64,000 nt of DNA, from contig NC_091979.1 of the NCBI RefSeq assembly GCF_044704955.1, positions 162,006,001-162,070,000 on the forward strand, given 5' to 3'. Shown one piece after another: positions 1 to 10,911 of the stretch. The notes beneath the pieces were generated by a model. The model was not told the origin of the DNA, did no database searches, and saw only the letters and a program-made list of their open reading frames with translations. Source of the DNA: Pristiophorus japonicus. Taxonomy: Eukaryota. Within the stretch, counting starts at the first letter, position 1. Every line of letters begins with the position of its first letter. The position numbers and the translations under genes were made by a program.

Positions 1-197
1 CATGCATTAAAATAAGTCCTGTCCTTGCTCCAGTCCTTGGCTGCTGGGATGCACATTCCGTCCGTTAAATTAAACAAGACTCCATAGTTCATATAGTTGT
101 TTATTTCCAGCGTGCTCTGCTGTCCGTCGGTGTTGCCCAGGGTACGTGCATGTCGCAGGGCTATCCATATTACGAGTAGCGCCTTTCGTATTCCCAT
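1..197 (-). CDS. Putative envelope/secreted glycoprotein N-terminus (partial, open to window edge)
   Basis: Manual translation: MGIRKALLVIWIALRHARTLGNTDGQQSTLEINNYMNYGVLFNLTDGMCIPAAKDWSKDRTYFNA. Basic-then-hydrophobic signal-like start, NLT sequon, GGAATGG Kozak context, and the first ATG after the splice acceptor. Not in the ORF track because there is no stop in the window. Confidence 0.55.
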   Translation of the reverse strand, partial: MGIRKALLVIWIALRHARTLGNTDGQQSTLEINNYMNYGVLFNLTDGMCIPAAKDWSKDRTYFNA

Positions 198-285
198 TCC
201 GGTAAGTATTATCTGTAATTTTAAACAGACGGCCTGGTCGTCACCAGGGGTTAAGTTTTTTTGCTCTACGAGTGTCCCTGTCACC

Positions 286-307
286 CTGCAAAATCAGAAG
301 GACAAGG
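286..307 (-). promoter_or_regulatory. Splice acceptor upstream of the env-like ORF
   Basis: Minus strand CCTTGTCCTTCTGATTTTGCAG|G. Confidence 0.55.
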
Positions 308-2789
308 TTATAATCGAACCATTTCGAGCTGAATCTGTAGGGCGTGCGCCTGTGTCTTTACCCACTTAAATATTACCCAAACTTCTATTATGACCAAGGC
401 CAAAGCTATTCCTCCAAACATCGCTGTCTGCTTTACCGTTAGGTTGGGTTTGTGGACTACACCTACCCACCGTGGGGTACATTGGCTCTATTGCCAGAGG
501 TGATGGTGCTATGGCTGCGCACTGCACTATCCGTCTAGACCCGTTATCTCTTCCAGCCTGTTTATCTTAGCTTTTAACTCTTCAATTTGTTTTATTGAGT
601 ATCTATTTCTTTATTGTATCAGGCAAGTATTATTACATAAGCTAGTTCTGTTTTTATTTTTGTTTCCTCTGTTAGGTGAGTCTTTTTTTTTTCTATTAAG
701 AAATCCAAATTAATAATGTTCAGTATAAAACGGCTGTCAATGGAAAGGGTTAACTCCTTTCCAGGTTTGTAAGAAGACCTGATGTCATTACGTGACTTCA
801 CGTAATCATCTGAAAAAAAAGTCTTTGTGCCTTCAAAACTGGCTTCGAAATTAGGAATCCGTTAAAAACAGCATTAATCATTAGAGTAAACTCCAATGTT
901 TTCTTAACTTCTAATTCAAGTACTTGCCAAAGAATTTTTTTTTTAATTGTTTTAAAACAAGACCACACATACAATAGCAATTTTGTTTACTGAAATTCAA
1001 TTCTGTTTTTTTTTTATTTCTCTCTTTCTCCTCGTTATCTTCAAAACCCTCCTGCTTGTTTAGACTGTTCGGGACATTTTGGAAATCTTTTCAAACTGCA
1101 TTGAAACTTTTTCATAATTGAAAATTCGAATCCATGTAGAGTGTTTTTTTTTTACTTATTCCAATTTTTTTTCCTCTTCTAATTAAACCAATATCTTTTT
1201 CACAGCAAACATCAACTAGTATTTAGTAAGTTATGTCTTTTTCCATTTAGTCTGTTACATCTTTTTTTTTCTTTCTTCAAATTAGGTTTTGTATTTTACA
1301 CGGAGGGTTCGTAACTCCATAAAGTTGTTAATTTAAAATCATTTGTTTACTTTCAAAGTGGTGTCTTTATCTTTTTCTTTTTCTCCATAACTGGAATGGA
1401 GTCCAGCTTTTGAGTGCTGCCTTTCGTTATCTCAAAATGCTCCAGTTTCAAAGTCGTTACTAAAGCTTGTTGTTTTTTAACATTTTCCAAAAGTTCCTTT
1501 TACACCTTCGCAGATAGCTCGCCACTTGCCCAGGAGTTTGACCTGATCAGATTTAATTTAATCTTTCTCTCTTTTTTTTTTTTTAAATCCACCTCAGTAT
1601 TTCCTGTGCCTTCTCTGAATATCTCAAAATCCCAATTCAAACTTTGTAATTTCAATCTTTATTTAAAACTTTTTTTTTAGAAGCTCTTTTTTTTTTAAAG
1701 CATTCTTTATCTCATTCCGAGACTAAATTTATGTCTTTCAACCCAATCAATCATTGCATGTTTTCTTTCGGCAAGTAAGTGAGCATGTCAAATAAATATT
1801 TTGCTCAACAAACCTATTCTTTATTTGTTTATTCTCCTAGCTCCGTAACTTATCATCCGAATAAATCCACACCTGCGTTTCTAACTTAAATGTCTTAAAA
1901 CTTCCCACATACAGGACAACATTACAAAGGGTTTAAAAAAAGACTTTCACTCTGTTTCTAAAATAAACAGACACTTGCATTCCTCTTCCAACCAGGCTTT
2001 CGGAACATGAAAACATAAAAAAATTCATTCTGCAGTCAAAAATCACACAGACACTTCTCACTCAACGATCAGACATTTACAACAGTCTCTCTTCTTGTTT
2101 TGGCCGGCTCTATTTTTGGATCCATGACCTTTCAGGGAATTCGTAGTTTTATCTAAATAATTCCTCACATAACTAATTCCTGAGGATTCCACCCTGCTTT
2201 AATCATTTTTTCAATTAGCTTCTTTTGTTTTTCCGCCAGGTGGCGGGTAAGCGACCCTTCTGGTCCCCACTCGAGTTTACTTGTTTTCATGGCCATTCCT
2301 GGGTAGGACTGGTATCGTTAGGAATCTACTCTCAGAGGTCCGCTTTCTTTCTAGCGCGACTTGTAGTAAACTGTCTCTTGGCTACTGTCAGGTCACAAGT
2401 TCTGCTGTTACACAAACTTATACAATTCTTAAAAACGCGTTTAAGCAATTCCCGCAGTGCTCTACGTATCCTTAACGACTACCTACCACCGCTCAGCCCG
2501 TTGGTCCGACCCTGTTCACAGGTTTGGATTCCGTTAGCCGCTGTACACCGCTTGGTTCTACCCCGGGGTATTTCAAATTTCACTACTGGGTCCGGAAGAT
2601 GTCTCTCGGTATCACGATCCCACGGTCTAAGTGTGTTCCCTACGCCTACTTGGTTCCTGGCCGTCACGTGGGACAAAAGTCCTCTTAATTCAGGCTCAGG
2701 CTAGGCGTTTGAGATATTAGACCGTCTCCTCATGTCGATCAACCAGCTTCCACCTTCCGCACCCTTTATACTTAAAAATTGTTTTTTAT

Positions 2790-2798
2790 ACTCACCCG
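2790..2798 (-). promoter_or_regulatory. Major splice donor just downstream of the PBS
   Basis: Minus strand CGG|GTGAGT about 35 nt after the PBS, the usual retroviral position. Confidence 0.6.
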
Positions 2799-2831
2799 GG
2801 TTTTTTCCAAGGGCGTCCAGCGACTCCGGGA

Positions 2832-2850
2832 AATCCTGCCGACTACGCCA
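2832..2850 (-). promoter_or_regulatory. Primer binding site complementary to tRNA-Ser (AGA/TGA type)
   Basis: Plus strand AATCCTGCCGACTACGCCA equals the 3' end plus CCA of vertebrate tRNA-Ser and lies 1 nt from the LTR end. Confidence 0.88.
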
Positions 2851-2851
2851 T

Positions 2852-3531
2852 TGTTAGCGTTAGTGTTTTCTTAGAAGAATCACTCAACACTCAGGGTCGG
2901 TTCCAATGCTGAAGCAGCTTTTATTACGCTCAGCGGGAAGGAAAAACTCAGGACCGTATCCAGGTTTCTCTTCACAGAACAAAGGATTACATGCACCTTT
3001 ATATGTTTCACAACAGTTACAAAACAGTTTACTACAGCTACACAGCCCATCACGGCTGGACACAAGCCAATCACAATGATTATAGATTACATATAGGTTA
3101 TTTTAACCCAATAGAATTCCCCTTATGTCTCAGGAACCATGTGTTCGTCTTTTGTCAGCTTGGGCTGATTGATATAGGTTCTCTCACTAGTTCTTTCTTC
3201 TTGGAGAAATAATTGGTTTCTAACCTTGTTTACAGGAGATGGGTTCTCTTATCTCTTTCTTCCTGGGGAATTAATTGGTTTATGGCCTTGAATATGGGAG
3301 ATGGGTTCTCTCCTCATTATTCTTATCCTGCATCCAAGGCATTCCTATAGTGGGCCTCACAGGGTTATTGCTCGGTCATTGAACATTCAACAGTTCACAG
3401 CTTGACTACCTGATTTCCCATCATGCCTGGGCAGCCATTTTATGTGTGGCCACTTAAGCTTATGTGAGTTCTAAATATCCAGCAGGTGCCTAATGCCTAA
3501 GTCTATATATATCTTTCGACTCTCTACAACA
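2852..3531 (-). repeat. 5' LTR of the retrovirus-like element
   Basis: TGTTGTAG...GCTAACA termini. Minus-strand ATATAAA at 2998-3004 and AATAAA at 2920-2925. About 63-bp imperfect direct repeats (~3174-3312) in U3. Confidence 0.8.
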
Positions 3532-6185
3532 TTCATAGTCTCCTTTATTTAAGCTTAATGGGCCCAAGTTTCCACATGATAAAAAACGGGCGCCCCTCCG
3601 AGCTGGGCGCCCATTTTTCGCGCCTAAAACGGTGCCTAAAAAAAACCTCGCAATTCTGGAGCATTCTGCAGCTCCTTGTCTGCCTGGCGCGGCACCCAGG
3701 GGGGCGGAGCCTACACTCGCGCCGATTTTGTAAGTGGGAGGGGGCGGGTACTATTTAAATTAGTTTTTTTTCCTGCCGGCCACGTTGCGCGTGCGCGTTG
3801 GAGCGTTCGCGCATGCTCAGTGTGAAAAAAACATTGGCACTCGGCCATTTTTGTAGTTCTTTGTAGCTGTTTAATTTTTGAACATTTTTTTAATAAAAGC
3901 ACATTAGCACTTGCGGCCTTCTCACTGTCTCCTTCCCCCCTCCCCCGCGGGAACGAAACGGCTGTTTAATTCCCCCCCCTCCCCTCCACGGGAACGAACG
4001 GCTGCAGAATTCTCCGTGCCTGAAGCACTTGCACACAGGTAGGAAGATGTTTTATTTAATCTTTTCTTTGCTTATAAATGTTTATTCAGGTTGGATTTAT
4101 TTGTATAATATTTGTAGAAGTATAAATAAGGATTTATTGTAGAATTTAATGAGTTCCCTCCCCCCCCCCTCCCCCCACCTCGTTCTGGACGCCTAATTTG
4201 TAACCTGCGCCTGATTTTTTAATGTGTAGAACAGGTTTTTTCAGTTCTACAAAAATCTTCACTTGCTCCATTCTACTTTAGTTTGGAGTACGTTTTCACT
4301 GTGGAAACTTTCAAATCAGGCGTCAGTGGCCGGACACGCCCCTTTTGAAGAAAAAATTCTGTTCCAAAGTAGAACTGTTCTACCTGACTAGAACTGCAGA
4401 AAAAAAAATGTGGAGAATTGCGATTTCTAAGATAGTCCGTTCTCCACCAGTTGCTCCTAAAAATCAGGCGCAAATCATGTGGAAACTTGGGCCCAATATG
4501 CTGGTTTGAGATCCAACTTTCTCACCCTCCATCTGAATTTGAAATTCAACCATGCTATGATCACACATTGCAAGAGGATCCTTTACTCGGAGATTGTTTA
4601 TTAATCCTGTTCCATTACACAGGACCAGATCTAAGATAGCCTGCCCCCTGGTTGGTTCCGTTACATACTGCTCAAAGAACCCGTCCCTCATACACTCTGT
4701 GAACTCTTCCTCAAGTCTACCCTGACCAATTTGAATTGTCCAATCAATATGGAGGTTAAAATCACCCATGATTATTGCTGCTCCCTTTTTACAAGCCCCC
4801 ATTATTTCCTGGTTTATGCTCCGACCAACAGAGTTGCTACTGTTAGGGGGCCTATAGACTGCGCCCACCAGTGACTTTTTCCTCTTATTATTCGTTATCT
4901 CCACCCAAACTGTTTCAACATCCTGATCATTTGAGCCAATATTGTTTCTCACTATTGTAGTGATTCCATCCTTTATCAATAGAGCTACCCCACCTCCTTT
5001 TCCTTTCTGTTTGTCCTTCCGGATTGTCAAATACCCCATAATATTTAATTCACAGTCCTGTCAATTCACCTTGCAACCATGTCTCTGTGATGGCTATCAG
5101 ATCATACCCATTTGTATCTATTTGTGCCGTCAACTCATCTATTTTGTTACTAATGCTACGTTCATTTAGACAAAGTGCCATTAAATTTGTTTTTTTCCTT
5201 TTTTTCCTGCTTGTTTGCTCTCTCCTTCAAACTCACTTTCTTTATTTTTGCTTTCTAATTCCAGATTTACTCCTCTCCCTACTGAATCTATTTTCATATT
5301 CCCATCCCCCTGCCAAGTTAGTTTAAATCCTCCCCAACAGCACGAGCAACCACCCTACCCCGCGAGGATATTGGTCCCGGCTTTGTTGCAGTGCAAACCG
5401 TCCGGCTTATTCAGGTCCCACCTCCCCCAGAAGCGTTCCCAATGCCTCAGGAAATTAAAGCCCTCCCTCCTACATCTTCTCTCCAGCCACACATTCATCT
5501 GCTCTATCCTCCTATTTCTGTTCTCACTGGCTCGTGGCACTGGGAGTAATCCGGAGATTACTACCTTTGAGGTCCTGCTTTTTAATCTCTCTCCTAGCTC
5601 CCTAAACTCAGACTGCAGGACCTTATCCCTCTTTCTACCTATGTCATTGGTCCCAATATGGACTGCGACCTCTGGCTGTTCATCTTCTCCCCCCGTGCAG
5701 CCACTCAGTGACATCCTTGACCCTGGCACCAGGGAGGTAACATACCATCCTGGAGTCACATCTGGGGCTGCAGAAATGCCTGTCTGCTCCCCTGACTATT
5801 GAATCCCCTACCACTATAGCTCTTCCATTCTTATTCCTCCTCGCCGTGCAGCTGAGCCATCCATGGTGCCGTGGATTTGGCTCTGGCTGCACTCCTCAGA
5901 GCCACCATCACCCCCACCGGTACTCGGAACAGAGTACCGGTTGGAGAGCGAGATGGACTCAGGGGACTCCTGCACTACCTGCCTAGTCCTCCTCGTCCGT
6001 CCGGCAGTCACCCATTCCCTCTCTGCCAGCACACTCTTAAACTGCGGGGTGACCATCTCTAGAAATGTGCTATCCATGTAGCTCCCAGTCTCTCGGATGC
6101 ACCGCAGTAACTTCAGTCGCCGTTCAAGCTCCAAAATGCGGAATTCGATTTGGTGCAGCTGGAGACACCTCCTGCACACGTGGTC
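3532..6185 (-). mobile_element. CR1 LINE (ORF1 zinc-finger/esterase and ORF2 APE endonuclease), degenerate; interrupted by a MITE and by the LTR element
   Basis: ORF1 motifs IVVGDS, HIGTND, DGLH (SGNH esterase); ORF2 VYRPP, MGDFN, LDLV, DH. Removing the MITE restores GSQTSILSLNKGDYE down to 3532. Confidence 0.9.
3560..4494. mobile_element. PIF/Harbinger-type MITE
   Basis: Perfect 21-bp TIR GGGCCCAAGTTTCCACATGAT (3560-3580 / 4474-4494) with a 3-bp AAT target-site duplication; no coding capacity. Confidence 0.92.
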
Positions 6186-6512
6186 ATTTTTACCTGACTG
6201 GTAAAATCATTTCAAGTGAAAGATTGTTAATCAGGCCGCTGTAGATGAGAAGCTCCTTCATCACACCAGTAAAATTGCCCTGTCAGTGTTCCTGCCAGAT
6301 TCTAATGCTGTGATACTCGATGCTGTGACAACAAGGCCCTAAGAAGTGTTTAATGGAGTATGAGACTTGCTTCAGTGATTTGGAGAAGTAATTTGCAGTG
6401 TGAGAAATTCTTCCTCCAGAATATTGGTGCTTTTTGCTTGAGATAGAAAAAGAACCGTGGCCTATTTTAATGAAGGCGACCACGCTTTTAGATTTATATT
6501 TTCAATTTTAAC

Positions 6513-9500
6513 CTTTCCTGGGGCATTGGAACCGGTTCTGGGGGAGGTGGGACCAGTACAAACCGGACGGCCTGCACCGGAACCTATGTCCTAGGCAGAG
6601 TGTTTGCTAGTGCTGTTGGGGAGGGGTTAAACTAATATGGCAGGGGGATGGGAACCTATGCAGGGAGGCAGAGGGAAGTAAAAAGGGGAAAGAAGAAAAA
6701 GGTTGGAAGGAGAAAAGCAAGAGTGGAGGGCAGAGAAATCAAGGGCAAAAATCAAAAAGGGCCACATTACAACATAATTCTAAAAGGACAAAGTGTATTA
6801 AAAAAACAAGCCTGAAGGCTCTGAGTCTCAATGCGAGGAGCATTCATAATAAGGGGGACGAATTAACTGCACAGATAGCTGTTAACGGATATGATGTAAT
6901 TGAGATTACGGAGACATGGCTCCAGGGTAACCAAGGCTGGGAACTCAACATCCAGGGGTATTCAATATTCAGGAAGGATAGACAGGAAGGAAAAGGAGGT
7001 GGGGTAGTGTTAATGGTTATAGAGGAGGTTAACACAATAGTAAGGAAGGACATTAGCGTAGATGATGTGGAATCTAAATGGGTAGAGCTGCGAAACACCA
7101 AAGGGCAGAAAATGTTAGAGGGAGTTGTGTACAGACCACCAAACAGTAGTAGGGAGGTTGGGGATGGCATTAAACAGGAAATTAGGAATGCGCGCAATAA
7201 GGATACAGCATGGGTGACTTTAACCTACATATTGATTGGACTAACCAAACTGGTAACAATACTGTGGAGGAGGATTTCCTGAAGTGTATAAGGGACGGTT
7301 TTCTCGACCAATATGTCGAGGAACTGACTGGAGAGATGGCCATCCTAGATTGGGTCTTGTGTAACGCGAGAGGATTAATTAGCAATATGGTCGTGTGTGG
7401 CTCCTTGGGGATGAGTGACCGTAATATGGTGGAATTCTTCATTAAGATGGAGAGCGACACAGTTAATTCAGAGACTAGAGTTCTGAACTTAAAGAAAGGA
7501 AACTTTGATGGTATGAGATGTGATTTGGCTAGGATAGATTGGCGAATGATACTTAAAGGGTTGACAGTGGACAGGCAATGGCAGACATTTAAAAATCACA
7601 TGGATAAATTATAGCTATTGTACATCCCTGTCTGGTGTAAAAATAAAACAGGAAAGGTGGCTCAACCATGGCTAACAAGGAAAATTAGGAATTGTGTTAA
7701 ATCCAAGGAAGAGGCATATAAATTGGCCAGAAAAAACAGCAAACCTGAGGACTGGGAGAAATTTAGAATTCAGCAGAGGATGACTAAGGGTTTAGTTAGG
7801 AGGGGGGAAATAGAGTATGAGAGTAAGCTTGCAGGGAACATAAAAACTGACTGCAAAAGCTTCTATAGATATGTGAAAAGAAAAAGATTAGTGAAGACTA
7901 ATGTAGTTCCCTTGCAGTCAGAATCAGGTGAATTCATAATGGGGAACAAGGAAATGGCAGACCAACTGAACAAATACTTTGGTTCTATCTTCACTAAGGA
8001 AAACACGAATAACCTCCCGAAAATACTAGGGGACCAAGGGTCTAGCGAGAAGCGGGAACTGAGGGAAATCCTTATTAGTCAGGAAATGGTGTTCGGGAAA
8101 CTGATGGGACTGAAGGTCGATAAATCCCCAGGGTCTGATAGTCTGCATCCCAGAGTATTTAAGGAAGTGGCCCTCGAAATAGTAGATGCATTGGTGGTCA
8201 TTTTCCAAAATTCCATGGATTGGAGGGTAGCTAATATCACCCCACTTTTTAAAAAAGGAGGGAGAGAGAAAACAGGGTATTATAGACCGGTTAGCCTGAC
8301 ATCGGTGGTGGGGAAAATACTGGAATCAATTATTAAAGATGTAATAGCAGCGCATTTGGAAAGCAGTGACAGGATCGGTCCAAGTCAGCATGGATTTATG
8401 AAAGGGAAATCATGCTTGACAAATCTTCTAGAGTTTTTTGAGGATGTAACTAGTAGAGTGGATAAGGGAGAACCAGTGGATGTGGTGTATTTGGACTTTC
8501 AAAAGGCTTTTGACAAGGTCCTACACAAGAGATTATTGTGCAAAATTAAGGCACATTTTATTGGGGGGTAATATGTTGACGTGGATTGAGAACTGGTTGG
8601 CAGACAGGAAGCAAAGAGTGGGAATAAACGGGTCCTTTTCAGGCAGGCAGTGACTAGTGGGGTGCCGCAAGGTTCAGTGCTGGGACCCCAGCTATGTACA
8701 ACATACATTAATGATTTAGACGAAGGAATTGAATGGAATATCTCCAAGTTTGCAGATGACACTAAGCTGGGTGGCAGTGTGAGCTGTGAGGAGGATGCTA
8801 AGAGGCTTCAGGGTGACTTGGACAGGTTAGGTGAATGGGCAAATGCATGGCAGATGCAGTATAATGTCGATAAATGTTATTAACTTTGGTGGCAAAAACA
8901 GGAAGGTAGGTTATTATCTGAATGGTGACAGATTAGGAAAAGGGGAGGTGCAACGAGACCTGGGTGTCATGGTACATCAGTCACTGAAGGTAGGCATGCA
9001 GGTATAGCAGGCAGAAAATAAATCAAATGGCATGCTGGCCTTAGTAGCGAGAGGATTTGAGTATAGGAGCAGGAAGGTCTTACTGCAGTTGTACAGGGCC
9101 TTGGTGAGACCACACCTTGAGTATTGTGTGCAGTTTTGGTCTCCTAATCTGAGGAAGGACGTGCTTGCTATTGAGGGAGTGCAGCGAAGATTCACCAGAC
9201 TAATTCCCGGGATGGCAGGACTGAAGAAAGAGTGGATCGGCTAGGCTTATATTCACTGGAATTTAGAAGAATGAGAGGGGATCTCATAGAAACATATAAA
9301 ATTCTGACGGGATTGGACAGGTTAGATGCAGGAAGAATGTTCCCGATGTTGGGGAAGTCCAGAACCAGGGGACACAGTCTAAGGATAAGGGGTAAGCCAT
9401 ATCGGACCGAGATGAGGAGAAACCTTTTCAACCAGAGAGTGGTGAACCTGTGGAATTCTCTACCACAGAAAGTTGTTGAGTCCAGTTCATTGGATATATT

Positions 9501-9670
9501 CAAGAGGGAGTTAGATGTGGCCCTTACGGCTAAGGGGATCAGTGGGTATGAGAAGGCGGGAGTGGGGTACTGAAGTTGCATGATCAGCCATGATCATATT
9601 GAATGGTGGTGCAGGCTTGAAGGGTGAATGGCCTACTCCTGCACCTATTTTCTATGTTTCTATGTTTCTA
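6513..9670 (+). mobile_element. CR1 LINE, 5'-truncated, disrupted ORF2 (APE-RT)
   Basis: ORF fragments with [32 protein letters not shown]; (TTTCTATG)n 3' tail. Confidence 0.93.
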
Positions 9671-10594
9671 ACTCTCTCTTGCAGGAAAATAGTTGGGGAG
9701 ATGTAAGTATGCAAATTAACATTTGCTGCTCTCTTCGGATACTTTTTAAATGGAATATAAAAATCCATTCTTGCTAACCTTTTATTTTTACTTGAACTCT
9801 TTCAGATTTTCACTTTGTTTGAATTCCCTTTCGTGACCATGCTGGTCGAATATTTAAGTAGTTAAAGCAATACCTTGGAATGCCTCGCCTTTCTCCTTTA
9901 ACCATGTATTTTTATATTTCTGGTGCTCGTCACATCGTGCAGCGTTACCCTGTTTCCCATGGATTGTTGGAAAACCACACTGTCAATATACTTTCAGCTA
10001 CTAATAGTTTCCAGATTTAATGCGCTCTAAGTTTAAATTAAAATCTCCTGCATTTTGACAGTGGATATATAATTAAAGTAAACAGCAGATTTCTTATTTT
10101 GGGTACTTTAAATATGTGACCTTTGTTACAAATCTTGGGTATTTTTAAGACTTCAGTAACCTTCTGAGATCACTAAAGCGTTGTTCTACTCTGTATTTTC
10201 AGCACTGAGCAGAGTTTGTCATTTAGTGTCGTGCAATTGATATTAAGAGAATCTGCCGAGTACCTTGGGCCATTAGATTTTTGCGATAAGAGATAATATT
10301 TTCATAACTTTAAATTTAAATATTAAAAAGAGCGGGCAGAGGAACAATTTATTTAACATTTAAAAAGTTTTTAAATCTTCCTTTACTTTTAGGCAGGGAC
10401 TGATAGAGAAGAGCCAGATTGCTTCTCTGAAGTAATACTTGAAAGTAAATAATGTCCACCTCCAGCAGCTCCTATCATTTCTTATAACCTCTTCCTTTTT
10501 AGAAAGGTGTTGATTGTCAGGCAGGACCATTTACAAGCATAAACGATATCGATAAGAAAGTACTTGGACAGTAAAGTAAATGCTGAAACAATTT

Positions 10595-10600
10595 TTTATT
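10595..10600 (-). terminator. Polyadenylation signal of gamma-crystallin gene A
   Basis: AATAAA on the minus strand 35 nt after the stop codon. Confidence 0.7.
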
Positions 10601-10635
10601 TTCTGCTCATTTTTCTTAAAGGACGCTCATGAAGT

Positions 10636-10911
10636 TTAGATGACCACAATGCGGCGGAAAGAGCCGACAGTAGCCACGATGGCACCCCAGTCATTGAATC
10701 TCCTGTATTCACCGGGTCTCATGAAGTACTGCCGGCCTCTGTAGTTGGGATGTTCATAGAAGGTCCAGTAACCGTCCATCACATGGCAGGAGTGAATGTC
10801 ATGATGGTGGAAACGATCGTAGACAGATGGACAGTCATCCAGGAATTCCATCATCTGACCTCCAAAGTCAGGCCTCTCATGAACTTTTATTTTGTATGAA
10901 GCCCCGCTTGT
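10636..10911 (-). CDS. cryg: Gamma-crystallin gene A exon 3 (C-terminal domain)
   Basis: CAG acceptor at 10912-10914; [22 protein letters not shown]; TAA at 10636-10638. Confidence 0.93.
   Translation of the reverse strand, partial: TSGASYKIKVHERPDFGGQMMEFLDDCPSVYDRFHHHDIHSCHVMDGYWTFYEHPNYRGRQYFMRPGEYRRFNDWGAIVATVGSFRRIVVI

Larger units (their letters stand above)
1..3531 (-). mobile_element. Retrovirus-like LTR element (5' LTR, PBS, leader, spliced env-like ORF); runs off the left edge
   Basis: 680-bp LTR with TGTT...AACA ends, followed on the minus strand by a 19-nt tRNA-Ser PBS, a GTGAGT splice donor, a polypyrimidine-CAG acceptor and a signal-peptide ORF. It interrupts a CR1 ORF2 at 3532. 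Confidence 0.8.

Noticed and set aside
2832-2850. tRNA-Ser gene
   Set aside because: Only the 3' 19 nt including CCA are present, adjacent to an LTR: a primer binding site, not a gene.
5355-5892. Host SGNH/GDSL esterase gene
   Set aside because: It is CR1 ORF1, repeated at 37590-38025 and 49250-49750 directly upstream of ORF2.
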